Positions 12,471 through 25,287 of a stretch of 64,000 bases of DNA are shown here, one piece after another (within the stretch, counting starts at the first letter, position 1; every line of letters starts with the position of its first letter). The notes beneath the pieces are model-generated. The model was not told the DNA's origin, ran no database searches, and saw nothing but the letters and a program-made list of their open reading frames with translations. The position numbers and the translations under genes were made by a program. The stretch comes from Camelus dromedarius (taxonomy: Eukaryota): assembly GCF_036321535.1 (NCBI RefSeq), contig NC_087437.1:46378001-46442000 (forward strand), read 5' to 3'.

Positions 12471-15400
12471 ACTCTCTCTTGGAATTCAGATGGTACAGCG
12501 AGAATGCCTTGGGCCTCCCTGACTCTTGGGAGGGGTTCCCTTGCCCTGAGAAAGCTGACTGGGAAGCTGATTGTTTATCAAGAAAAGTAGATGTCGTCCA
12601 CATTTATGCTTCTATAGCCTACTCAAAAAGCTTATAGCTCAAAAGTTGTCTGTCCCAGCCCATTTTTCTTTTGAGCAGCAAATATAGAGCATCTGCTACA
12701 TGCATGGGAGTCAGTTTTGAACTTGATAGAATTCCCGAGTCATGAAGACCACATGGACATCTAGCCATATCTCTGTGATTGTATGTCCCCAGGGAACCCA
12801 AAGGTCCTGGATCTGCAGGAGAAAGCCGATTGATAACTCTTGATCTGGAATCCCACTATCACCTTCTTTTTAAATCATATTGAGGCAAAACTACCCATAA
12901 TTACATCATTTCAATCATCTGCTCACTTTGCTGTCTCCCTAACTATATTCTGGTGGGCAGAGACCTTGTTCTCCTTACTCTGGTGTCCTGGGACATCTAG
13001 CAAAGTACCTCACTCCAACTTTTGTGGAATGAATGAATGTAGAGATACATGCAGGGGAAAACTATTCTCTTCTGCATTTTAAATGGCTATCAATTTGTTC
13101 TTAACTAAATAATAATTTTGAACTTAGGAAAACATGTGGATATGGTGTAAATAGATAAATGTTGAAATATTTCCTTTATTCAAGGTGCTGGACTAGGACC
13201 TGTGGATTACAAAGCAGTGAATTGATCTGGACTTGGTGTTTAATGTTTATGGCAAGGCAGATAAGCTACCCACAAATAATGAAATTTAGTTGATTATTCA
13301 TAAATTTGTTTTTGAGATTTTTTTAAAGCATTACAATAGTGGCCACTTATTTACACGTGGGCATGAGTGAAGTGAGATTTGAGATTTGGAGTTGTTTGGA
13401 AAGAGGCACTTATGTCCTTCATGGGTACTAAAAGTCAACCAGATGCAGGGAGTGTACAAAGTTGGATGAGAGTCAAAGGATGGAGACAAAGCCTGTGTCC
13501 CATTTTCCTATCTCCTCGGCACCCTGGACATCTGGTCTCGTCTGGTGCGTTCAGCTGGGGAGCTGTTACAATGAAACGCAACCCAAAGAGAACTTAAGCT
13601 CTTAACTTGTTTTCTGTTATCGTTCCTTGCCTCAACTTGTTCTTAAAAGAATCTATTCTTGTTTCCCTAGGCTTAAAGTACTTGTTTGCTCTGTTGTTTT
13701 CTATACGTTTTCATTCTGATTTGGGTTGCCTAATTCTTATATTTGACCTGTGTTCTGTGTAATGTCCTCTATTATTTTCAAACTGCCTCGATGATAGACG
13801 TTCTCTGATTTGTACAATTTCCCATTTATGAAGATACTGCATGTTAGATCATTGCCTTGAGTTTCATCCTTTAGAAACCGTCCCTGGCTAAAGCTATACC
13901 AGGTCTGAAAAATCTGGCTACATGTCATTTTAATAAAATATAAACAAACACCTTGGGGATCATAGTCTGAGTGTGAGATTCCAGGATTCAGGAGTTCTTA
14001 GAGGACTGCAGCCTTAGAGAGGGGATGAAAAGGGTATTTTGAAGACAGCGTCACTCCCTGCCAGCATGGTAATCAGTGCCAGGACTGGAAACACTAATAG
14101 AGCATGCTGTCTTCTTACAGCTGCCTTTTAATTTAGTCAAGATATAGCAGGTGACTTCTACACATTTACAGTTTTTTAACTACAAAACTATAGGGAAGGA
14201 GAGAACTCTTGGCTGCCCCAGAAGCTCTGGTAAACATTCAGAAACAGCTGCTCCATTTCTGGAGTTCACTTGGAAGAGACAGAAGAACTGCAAGAAGGAC
14301 TGTGACCCAAGTTCATTGAGAGATATGACTCTGCACATTTTTCCTGCACAGTTTTGTGCAACAACTTCTCCCTTTTCTTTTTTTTTTTTTTTCCAGGGTC
14401 AGTGTTCATAGTGACATTTGGGAGATACGCCTTACTTCTGCCTGGCTCTCAGCAGATCTTCAATCTTTTGCCTTTGAGAACGGGTTGAAAAAATATGAGT
14501 TAATGACAATCACAGGCCCATAGCAAATGTTGGCAAAATTTTTGCAAACATGGGCCAAATTTTAGTTTTATTATAAAATGTAAAGTCAGAGCTGGCTTTG
14601 AGTTTTGCACTAACATGTACAAAACTAATTTGCAGTTCTTCCAGATGGGCTCAGTGTCTATGGCATACGGCCTGCTACTCTAAAATGTACTTGGTATAGA
14701 GGATGGTGCTGGGGGAGGGAATAAAATTTGTTCCTATTTCGGGAAATAATGAAGGTTTGGAGATTTATGGCAAGGAGTTGGATTTTTTAAAAATTACCAC
14801 TGTAACAGCAGCTTTATCTAAATAGATTCAGGGGGGAAATGGCAGCAGAGAACCAATATTTTACTGAATGAGTTACACTAGGCATTGTGCTTGACATATA
14901 TTGTCTTACTCGATTGTTACGTACTCTGTGAGGTGGGTATCCATTTTCCTTTTAACTGGGAATTCATTTACCTCTAGACTCTAGAAATCATCTCTTTGTC
15001 TCTGTTACATATCAGATGTATATGTATGTGTACCTATTAAACAAAAGACACTTGCTGGCACAGAGTCAAAATTATCTTCCTGTGAGAGGCTGACCCAACT
15101 TGATTATGTTTTTGGTTCATGCACAGGAGCTGCAGCGTACAATTGAGCACATTGCTTACTGCATGAGTGCCTGCCAGGGAACAAGTGGGGATTTAATCCA
15201 TCCCCTGTCCCTTCACCAAGCCGCACGTTTTGGTCAAGATTGCGTCTGCTGGAAGGAAAGGGCACCGTATTCTTATTTACGCATCTATGTTTGCAGTGAC
15301 TCTGCTGATGAAGATCCCTTACAACAAATGAGCAATCCAGGAAAGAAACTTTGAAACTCTGGGTTATTTCCCATCCATCTTGGCATCTTGGGGTGATTGC

Positions 15401-15685
15401 ATCTTCATTTTTCCATTTCTCTATCATCCATCTTGGGACTATCCCCTGGAACTCCATTTGTCCTGAAGGCTGTTCTCACTCTGGAACTTGACTGGGAAAG
15501 TGGCTGGATGGAGAGTACCTGCCTTCCTCTCTCCCTTTCCTCTTCTCCTGGCCTGGAGAGCTGACACTGATGCAGTGCCTGTTGACCCTTTCCTAGGCAT
15601 TGCTCTTTATAAACTACTTAGTGAATGTTCACGTTACTCTTTTCTTGCATCCTTCCCCCTAAACGGCATGAATGGCCAGGAAGAA

Positions 15686-15738
15686 TATATATATATATAT
15701 ATTAATATATATATGAATATTAATAAATGTATGTGTAT

Positions 15739-15773
<35 letters not shown>

Positions 15774-15797
15774 AAATATATTTATAAATATATATAT
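15686..15797. repeat. (TA)n/(CA)n compound microsatellite
   Basis: Directly visible. Confidence 0.9.
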
Positions 15798-18129
15798 AAA
15801 AAGCTCAGAGTTTCAAACTTTGGAAAATACTTTAAAGAAAAAAGTTGACTAAATTAACTATAGATAAAGGAGTTTTAAAATTACAAAGAGGAAAGGATTA
15901 TTGTATGTTAATTTAAAATGTTTATTAAACATCTGCCTGATTCTTAGCAGTGTGTTACATGCAGAAACAGAGTACATAAAAATTAAGACATGAACATGGA
16001 CTTATAATTTGGTTTAAAAAGATGTGAAAACCATCAATGTAATATATCTCATGTATAATCTAAGTGTTGGGAGACAGTGACCCCATAACACCAGATATGT
16101 TCTCCAAGCTCTGACTCGTAGGTCCCCTGCCAGCCTGCAGGGTTGGCTGACCTCTGGCCTTCATTTTCCTTATCTGTAAGTGAGACTCAGCTCTCTGAAA
16201 TGTCTTCCTCCCAGGCTATTGTGTGCCTGGAATGAGATAATGGATGCACAATACTTTAAAACCTATAAGACTCTTTAGACATTTCAGGTTTAATCGTCCT
16301 TTAAAAAGATGAGAAGAGTGCTTATAGTTTCTTTCAACAAAATATTTTTTCCTTTTTAAATAACATATATATTTGCTTGAAAAATCTGGTGAGATTAAGG
16401 TATAAAGTAAAAGAAACAAAACCCCACAAAAATCAACTATAAATCCCAAGTGATAATCATGATTAATAATTTGATATGTGATTTTTTAATCTTTTACAAA
16501 CTTGCATGAATTTATGACAACTGAGATTTTACTATATACATTTTTAAACCTAGCCTATTACTCAACTTTGTATCAGTTTAAAGGTTTACAAGAAGCACAT
16601 GAACATCTATCTTTCTGGGCTATCAGCAAATATCAGCTTTAGATACAGTTCAGTCATTTTGCCCAGCAGCACTTTCTAACATGACTTTCATTGGATTTAT
16701 ACACACAGAGTGATCTCTACAGAGTGATTTATATATAAGCTCAGAATATAGTAATTTTCTCCTTATCCATTTTTTTTTTTAAGGTTTTTAGCCTAAACAT
16801 GGATGTTCAGGCTTTCAAACTGTATCCTCTCTTGGGAGTTGAGAAACTCAATCTCAAATTAGACATCAAATAAGAATATCATAAGTGGAATGATAATATA
16901 TGGAAACGTTAAAAACCCTGGCTGCTTTTCAGTACTGTTGTCCCCTATTATGTGGTGTATTCCCTCATGCTATGGTATAAATAAAACTTTAAATACGCTG
17001 AGGGAATTCTCAAGTATCCAGACAGTGCAAAGATTTTAGAAAAAATGATTACTTGGGAGTTTTTGTTGTTGTTGTTTTGTTTTGTTTTTAAAGATATGAA
17101 TGCTTTTCTTAGTACAAGGCACACTAGGAGTTTCAAATCATATATGTTTAAGGAAAAAACTCAATTTCCCACCTTGTCTCTTTTGGGTCATTGGATCTGT
17201 ATCATTTGCCTCATCTTGCTTGGTTAATCACACCAGCATGCTCATGGTTATATGAATTGTCTCAGGTGACGTGGTGCTTTCTTTCTCTATAATGATCAAA
17301 TGTAAAATGACAAAACATTCCTTTTGGGCAAAACACTTCTCTCTTTTTAAAGTAGTTCTATCTGGAAATAAAACAAATGAAATGGAAGCAACTGCAATTA
17401 CAAGTATGGTAAGATAAAATGGTTTTATGCCCCTTCTTCTGTCTAGGTTCTGTCCTCCCCTCCCCACTCTCCATTCCTTTTTCTCTGTAGGTCAAATTTT
17501 ATCAAGGAAAAAAACCTCACAGGGATATTGAGAGTGTGAGAAAATGTTAGGATGGTTCTGAATCTCTTTATTAATAGCGAGTTGCATAATAAATGCCATA
17601 GGGGTTGGTAGGTTTTACTGAGTGTGTTAAATATTAACAGAACTTGTACATTCTAGGATATTGTTGAAGTGCCTGGATACCACTGAGCCAATCACAAAGA
17701 AACAGGTTTCCATGGAAGCAGTAGCACAGATTCATTTCATTCTCAATGGAATCCACACAGCAAGACAGATCTGTAAAAATAACCCATGTAAAACTGAAGC
17801 AAAATATTTCTGGGTGTTTGTTTTATGCCTTTTGGTGTGTATGTCTGTTTTCCATTAAAAAAATAATCTAAAAATATCTGGGCACTCAGGAGAGCTTCCA
17901 AAAAAGCCAAAGCTCTTACCCTTGCCTCACTGTTTGTTGTTTTACTTTTGGGCATGCATACCTGTGTGTTTGAAGGGCTCAACCCCTTCCTTGTTTACAT
18001 TCTTGAACACAACACTTTAGACCAAATTAAAAAAAAAAAAAAACCAGAATATTCTGAATGTCTGGTGAGCATAAACTATTTTAAAGAACATTTATGTATG
18101 AATAGCAAAGAAACAAAATTGATGATTTT

Positions 18130-18270
18130 TGATTCTCCTAAATGAAGGCCTTTGATAACCCTGTAAATCTATTTTATAGATGAAAACAGAAGCTCAGAGA
18201 GGCCAAGTAACCTCTTCAAGGCTGCACAGTTAATAAGTGGCAGAACCTGGTTTGCAGTCCAGATTTACCT
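18130..18270 (-). mobile_element. MIR SINE
   Basis: attttatagatgaaaacagaagctcagagaggccaagtaacc...cacagttaataagtggcagaacctgg. Confidence 0.8.
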
Positions 18271-19194
18271 AATGGTAGATATTATAATCCCAAATTACTA
18301 TGCCATGTTTTTACTTTCATGAAGGAGAACATCAACGGTCACTGGAGTCAAAGCATATCATCTATCTCCATTCATACACCCATATATTCGTAGGCATATA
18401 TACACACACTGAACCCTGCTCTACCCTTTTTCCATTGCTCTCATAACAAGCACTGTATTTTTAGCTCTAACATAGCACTTTTTCTGCGTCAGTGACTGTG
18501 TGTTTACCTGTTCCCTTGGGGCTAGGCTCTGAGCCCTGGTAATCATATATGGGTTTGGGTTGATTGGATATATCCTGAGGCTTGGACTCTGCTTGGCACA
18601 TTGCTGTTTTGTATAAACAGAGTTGATTTAGAATCTACAAGAGTTTGAATGTCAAGCAAAAGATTTTTTTTTTACATAACCCCTTAACAGAAGCAAAATT
18701 TTCTGGGGCCGAGGATGTTGTTTGGATAAATGAAAACTTTTCAGTGCTCTATCCCTGGAACCAAGAAGTGTGTCTGGTACACCTGAATGAATGGCTGAGA
18801 TAAAGACCTTGATGCTTTATTCTTGAAATTTTAATATGTTAATTTGAAAACAGGCTTATCTAATTAGTATTTATTAAAACAAGTCCTCTAAAACTAAAAA
18901 TTGTCTAAGCACTTTAAAGTAAGAAAAGTGGATTAAACAATAACTCAGCAGACTTTTAAGACAGTTTTCCTCTATTATTTTTAATTTTTGAACTTGCTTG
19001 GCTGTCACACTAAACCGTCATGTGTTGGTTAACACTGAGGAATAAAGTGCTTTCAGTGTTTAGATTTTTAAAGATACATTTTATGTATCAAGGCTCTCTG
19101 AAAATGACTTTTAATGGGTAATTGTCTAGGTTGCATTATTTACCTCCCTGTCTTAATAAATGGAGTCTGTCGGATGCGACCTAACTTTTTCTTT

Positions 19195-19205
19195 ATGACT
19201 CAGCA
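19195..19205 (+). promoter_or_regulatory. Perfect ARE / NF-E2 (CNC-sMAF) motif ATGACTCAGCA
   Basis: Exact consensus match in non-repeat sequence; function untested. Confidence 0.35.
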
Positions 19206-21214
19206 CCATCATTCCATTATTTGTAAACCATGGGGTTGCAGAGTGATATCCTCAGGTGTCAGAGCTTATAAAGGACAGTTCCTGTCTGCTTGATTTCTCT
19301 TTTGATTTCTCCTCTGTCATCTCTGATCATTTGCACTGGTTTCCTGGGTTCTGCTCCATAAATACAGTCCATTGTATGTCTCATTCCTTGTCTTCTGTTT
19401 GCTAAGGCTAATCTGTGGGTTTCATGGGGTACCAGATAAGCAAGTTTAATCAGCTACCATAAGGTGGACCCCTGAATATTTCAATTAGCCCAGGCCTATA
19501 GGCTTCAGGGTGACCTCATTTATCTTCCCCTGTAAAGTGCGTGAGCTTGGCCTAAGTATGTTCCTTAACGGAGCTAGAGTCTTTTTTCTGTTGTCATTGT
19601 TCAGTTTTCAAGAGGGAAAGTGTATTTGGTTGAGTTTCTATAGAGCTGTCTGCTGAATGTGTGAGACTATTATAATTTTCAACAAAGAATATAAACTACT
19701 TTGTTATTCTGAAGAGGATACATTTAAAAAACAGCTTCCTTTGGGAATGTTTCTAGGAATAGTGACTTGACATATGTGTGAATACAAGTGTATATGTATA
19801 TAGAGAGATACCTGTATATATAGTTTTCTATGAATTTACTTATATTCTATTTTGTTTCTGAAAAGATTTAAAGCAACAGCAGTGTCAATAGGAACGGAAA
19901 AATGGGTTAAGTTCGTGGGCCTACATAATAGTTGTCAACACTTACCTTTCACTAGGTTGGCAGACTGGTAATTTGTCATTCTTTTTGGACATAACTACCT
20001 TCAAACTGTTCATGGGATTGTGGCAAGATATCCCTTATTTGGTTATAAGTAACCTTGGAGGCTGGTGTGGCTTGATCACAGTTATAATCTTGCAGAAGTT
20101 CAGTTTTGTTCTTTAAACTATCTAAGTGAGTTATTTTCAAAGGAGTGTATAAGGGACATTATAGACCACTGCTGTGTGTTTTCAGCTATTAATTTATAAG
20201 AAGCATTTGAGATAACCAGAAATAAAGGAGTCAATGAGTATAAAGGGAAATGACTCAGGTGCTCTTTCCAAAAGATACCAACCGATGCAGCTGTTATCTT
20301 TCTTACTGGCCTGGTGCTGAGGTTTTGTGAGGAGAAGTCTTGCAGTGTTGATTCAACCAGGACAGTTGCTGTTTTAAAAGGGATTTATAGCCAGGTCTCC
20401 TGATCTGACAGAAAGAGTGGATGCCTCTCTGGTGTGATCTGAAGGGCAATAAAAGCTCAGTCTGCCTCATAATCTCTTCCCCAGTGACCTTACTTTCGTG
20501 GTTAGAGATACTTCATTGGGTAAACGTTTTGTCTCCTGAAGGCCCCAATAAACAAGACTATATTTTAACCTGAACACACCATCAGTGCCCTTTCTGCACT
20601 CATGAGAAAATTAACAAATTTAAGCAGCTTTCATGAGCCAAGAGCAGAGGGTGAGTGACTGAAATGTAAGATGAGAACATTTAGGATGGAACAGTCTGAA
20701 GCAGGAGGTGGTTGTCCTAGGAAGACCTGGACGTAAGGGATGGCTAGGTGTGGCAAATATAAAGCCATTGGACACACGGAGTTGCACTTCTGACTACAGA
20801 GGATGACACAAGGGGAGATGAGGGGGTGAGAACTCCTACACAGTTTGCTTCAGGCTGGTTCCACTTTTTGGAGTAACAAAGATAAGCCAGGAGTAAAGAA
20901 ATGGTATCTTTTACTACTCGATCTTTTCCAATTAGGTTGTACAGTAATTTAAAATTAATAATTTCCTCAGCTTCCGGATAGAACATCCCACCTATTTAGC
21001 TAAATTCTTTTGACCTCTGCTTGATGACTCATCTTTGCTCCTAACTGAGACCACATTGGTTTACAACTAAAAGCATTTAAAGAAACTTAACATTGAATGT
21101 CTTTTCTTAGTCTTACTCCAATCTTGTGCCCCAGTTTTAGATTTTTTTTTTAATCAGTGAGGCCAACCGATCACCTTTCATCCAAGATATAATAACTAAA
21201 CCCCTGTTCCATTT

Positions 21215-21330
21215 GCTTATTCATTCATCAAGTATTTATTGGATACTTGCTAGGTGTCAGGTACTGTGTTCAGAATTAGAAATACAAAACCAAATGAAAC
21301 ACGGCCCTGCCCTTCAGTAATTACCTTTAG
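21215..21330 (-). mobile_element. L2 3' end
   Basis: tattcattcatcaagtatttattggatacttgctaggtgtcaggtactgtg. Confidence 0.7.
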
Positions 21331-22041
21331 TGCCAGAGAACTTTCCTTTATACTCAGGGGGCTCCCAGGGCCCTCCATGACTGGGGTCAAGCCATGTGTT
21401 ATGAAGCTCCTATCTCCTCCACTCTCTTCCCTTCCCCTGAGTATGGAGATTGCTCTGGAACCCTACTTCTTGATTGAACTCAACTTTCATGCTGCAGAAA
21501 TTTGTTCTTGGAATGTTTTCAGGAGAAAAAATTAAATATACTTGGAAACTCTCCAGAAAGGCTCTGAAATGTCTCCTGTTTGTTATAAGGGTTGTACATT
21601 TTCCCTCATTGTCCTCACAGAGAAAGGTTGTGGGATTCAATTCAATAGAAGAAACAGCCATTTTAAGAAGACATTTGCATCCTTGAAATTCTAGCCATTC
21701 AGTAATTCTTTGGCAGATTGCTCTGTGCTTTTACATGAAAAATGATTCCTGTGAAGAGAATTTTGACACACAAAAAAAGTTGCTGGAGGTTTTAGACCCC
21801 TGCTATATGGTTTAGTCTCCAAGGTTAATAATTTGGAAGAATTTTTAAAAATATACATTAGAGTTGTTACCTTTTCATTAAGGTAGTCAGTGGGAGTTCC
21901 TCTACATTTTGGTGATCTGTGCTTTCCAGTGGGCTTTGTATGGTTAAGAAAATGCAAGAGAAATGCTCAATCCTTGGTTTTTGAGACACAATCTTTCCCT
22001 GTAACTCACAAGGAAATTTTTCTTTACTTTGCTCTAGAAGG

Positions 22042-22289
<248 letters not shown>

Positions 22290-22346
22290 GTAAAGTAAAT
22301 CCAATCAACATTACTTGAATGTCTGTGGAAGAGACAGCTAGTTTTC

Positions 22347-24103
22347 CTTTCTTACTTTTTACCAACTGTATTTGACATAGAACATTGTATAAGTTTAAGT
22401 TGTACAGTGTATTTATTTGATTCATTTGTATATTGCAATATGATTGCCATTGTGGCACTATTTAGCACCTCTATCACATTACATTATTATCCTTTCTTTT
22501 TAGTGGTTGGGATAGTTAGGTTTTAGTCTCTTAGCAAGTTTGATGATTGTAGTACAATATTGTTTTCTGATTTCTATGGCTTACTTATACTTGTTGCAAG
22601 TTTGTAGTCTTAAACAACATCAGTTTTATCCCTCACCTCCTATTCTCTGGTAATCACCATTTTACTCTATTTTTATGAGTTTGACTTAGATTCAACATAT
22701 AAGTGAGATCATACAGTATTTGTCTTTCTCTGACTTACCTCACTTAGCATAATGTACTCAAGGTCCATTTATGCTGTTGCAAATGGCAGTATATCCTCCT
22801 TTCTCATACTTGAATAATATTCCATTATAATGTTGCAGTAAACATGGGAGTGCATGTATCTCTTTGAAATCCTGTTTTCATTTCCTTTGGTTATATGCCT
22901 AGAAGTGAAATTTCTAGATTATGTGGTAGATATATTTTTATTTTTTTGAGGAACCTTTATATTGTTTTCCATAATGATTGGACTAATTTATATTTTCACC
23001 AACACAGTACAAGGGTTCCCTTTTCATCACATCCTCACCAGTACCTATTGTCTCTTGTCTTTTCGATAATAGCCATTTCAACAGGTGTGAGGTGATATCT
23101 CATCGTGATTTTGATTTGCACTTCTCTGAGGATTTGTGATGTTGAGTGTCTCTTCATATATCTGTTGGACAGTTTAATGTCTTCTTTGGAAAAATATCTA
23201 TTTAGTTATACCAATTTTTTTTAATTGAAGAACACTAAATTACGATGAGTTCTACCAATTTTTAAATCAGATTGTTTGGTATTTTGTTAAGTTGTATGGG
23301 TTATTTGTCTATTTTGGACATTGACCTCTGATCTGATACATGGTTTGCAAAATTTTTCTCCCATTCTGTAGGTTGTCTTCATTTTGTTAAATGTTTCTTT
23401 TGCTGTGCAGAAGCTTTTGAACTTAAAGTAGTTCCATGTGTTGACTTTTGCTTTTGTTTTTTTGCTTTTGGCATCATATCAGAAAAGTCATTGTCAAGAC
23501 CAGTGTCAAAGAATTTCTTCCCTATGTTTTCTTCTAGAAGTTTTATGGAATCAGGTCTTATGTTTAAGTCTTTGATCAATTTCAAGTAAATTTTTGTGAA
23601 TGGTGTTACATGGGGGTCCGGTTTCACTGTTCTGTGTATGTATGTTTCTCTGGTTTTCCCAGCACCATTCGTTGAAGAGACTGTCCTTTCCCTGTTCAGT
23701 CTTCTTGGCTCCCTTGTCATATTAGTTGACTGCATATGCTAGGATTTAATTCTGAGCTCTCTATTCTCTTCCATTGGTCTATGTGTCTATTTTGGTGCCA
23801 GTACCATATTACTGTGGCTTTGTAGTATAGTTTGAAATCTGGAAGCATGATATCTCTAACTTTCTTCTTTTTTCTCACTATTGCTTTGCCCATTTGTTCC
23901 ACACAAATTTTAGGTTTGTTTCTTCTATTTTTGTGAAGAATGCCTTTGATATTTTGATGGGGATTGTGTTGAATCTGTAGATGGCTTTGGGTAGTTTGGA
24001 CATTTTAACAATATTCTTCTGATCTATGAACACAAGATGTCTTTCCATTTGTTCATGTCTTCTTCAGTTTCTTTCAGCAGTGTCTTGAAGGTTTCTTGCA
24101 CAG
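22347..24103 (-). mobile_element. L1 (L1MA/L1M-like), 5'-truncated, with degraded ORF2 3' part and 3' UTR
   Basis: Minus-strand ORFs 23717-23902 ([29 protein letters not shown]) and 23379-23735 (IKDLNIRPDSIKLLEENIG) are L1 ORF2 remnants; near-identical flanks agagacagctagttttc (22330-22346) and agagacatctagcttttc (24104-24121) look like a TSD. Confidence 0.92.
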
Positions 24104-24500
24104 AGAGACATCTAGCTTTTCACCACAGATCACTTCCTCCTTTCAGTGGGATAGAGCTCCTGCCAGGAGCTGGTTGCCCAGCCAGGGATCGAATTTCCTA
24201 GAATTTGTGTCTAGGTGGCATCTTCTCATGGTGGAAGGCGAGCGGAAGAGATGTGTTCAGGCCCAGGTAGTTAAGAAATAGAAGACCTCTTCATGCTTTC
24301 TTCTCTTGACTGGAGATGGTCCAGCAAATGCAACAATGGTCATGGAGGATGGAGCCACAAGATGAGAGGAGCCAGTTCCAGAATCACCACCTAGAGGATA
24401 GCCAGCTCTCACTGAAGAACAACCATTTATGGGAGTGAGAAATAAACTTTAAGGTGTCAACTACTGAAAGTTGGGAGTCTGTTACTGCAACTAGTACTAT
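24104..24500 (+). mobile_element. MLT1 (ERVL-MaLR) solo LTR; its 5' end (tgtgg at ~22324) is split off by the L1
   Basis: gccacaagatgagaggagcc...gaatcaccacctagagg...gtgagaaataaacttt...gttactgcaactag. Confidence 0.7.
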
Positions 24501-24669
24501 TCACTTAATTCTGTCTGCTCGATATAAATCACAGACTTAGGTAATTTAGGTGACACAAAGATGAGTGAGAAATGCATCCAGAAGTTTGAAGGAAAGAATG
24601 CAAACCTGGAAATTTGAAATAAGGAGTGCAAACAATTATATGACAAAGCAGATTTGATTTACTTCAAAG

Positions 24670-25005
24670 TTTAATAAGACTCTTTGAATTGCAAGTGACA
24701 GGCATTCAGTTTGAATTTATTAGCAGAATGCTCATATTATTGATTAAAAGATTTAGAAAAATCAAGCAGAGATGTAATTGGTTCCTGGAAGAAACTAGGA
24801 CCAGGGACTTACAAACTGCTAAGGCTCACTCCTTATAGATCAGTTATGACCAGGGGAGCAGGGTTGTGGAATAAATGGTACCTTCTGTGGATACCACAGA
24901 ACTAGTTGTGAAGCCAGAGAACAATACTCAGAAGTAAAGAGAGACTTTTATTCTCAGAAGAAAGGAAAAGGTATTTAGTAGACAAAATAATTGGTTTCCT
25001 CTACA
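24670..25005 (-). mobile_element. Old MLT1-like LTR
   Basis: ataagactctttgaattgcaagtgacag...gatcagttatgaccagggg. Confidence 0.5.
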
Positions 25006-25184
25006 GGTGGAGTAATTATTTGCAAATTCACCTTTTTTTTTCGGTTTTGTTTAGTATATTTTGCATTGTTAACATTTCCTGTTTTTATGTCTAGCTCCTG
25101 AGCTCAAATTAGGTCTTCCCTTTTTGTTCCTCTGCCTTCCCCCATCCTCAGCAATGCCTTGTATATAATAGGAGCTTAACAAAT

Positions 25185-25239
25185 ATGTGTGTGTGTATAT
25201 ATATATGTATACGTGTGTGTGTATATGTATTTGTGTGTT

Positions 25240-25284
<45 letters not shown>
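25185..25284. repeat. (TG)n/(TA)n compound microsatellite
   Basis: Directly visible. Confidence 0.9.

Positions 25285-25287
<3 letters not shown>

Noticed and set aside
14515..14556. Imperfect hairpin ggcccat...tgttggcaaaa-t-ttttgcaaaca-tgggcc
   Set aside because: Short and bulged with no supporting context
15270..15354. Possible terminal exon encoding DSADEDPLQQMSNPGKKL*
   Set aside because: Moderate acceptor only, no linked upstream exons, no recognised homology
19032..19061. taaagtgctttcagtg resembling miR-17/20, inside a small hairpin
   Set aside because: Stem only ~10 bp, the seed lies in the loop, and the 3' half does not match; not a pre-miRNA
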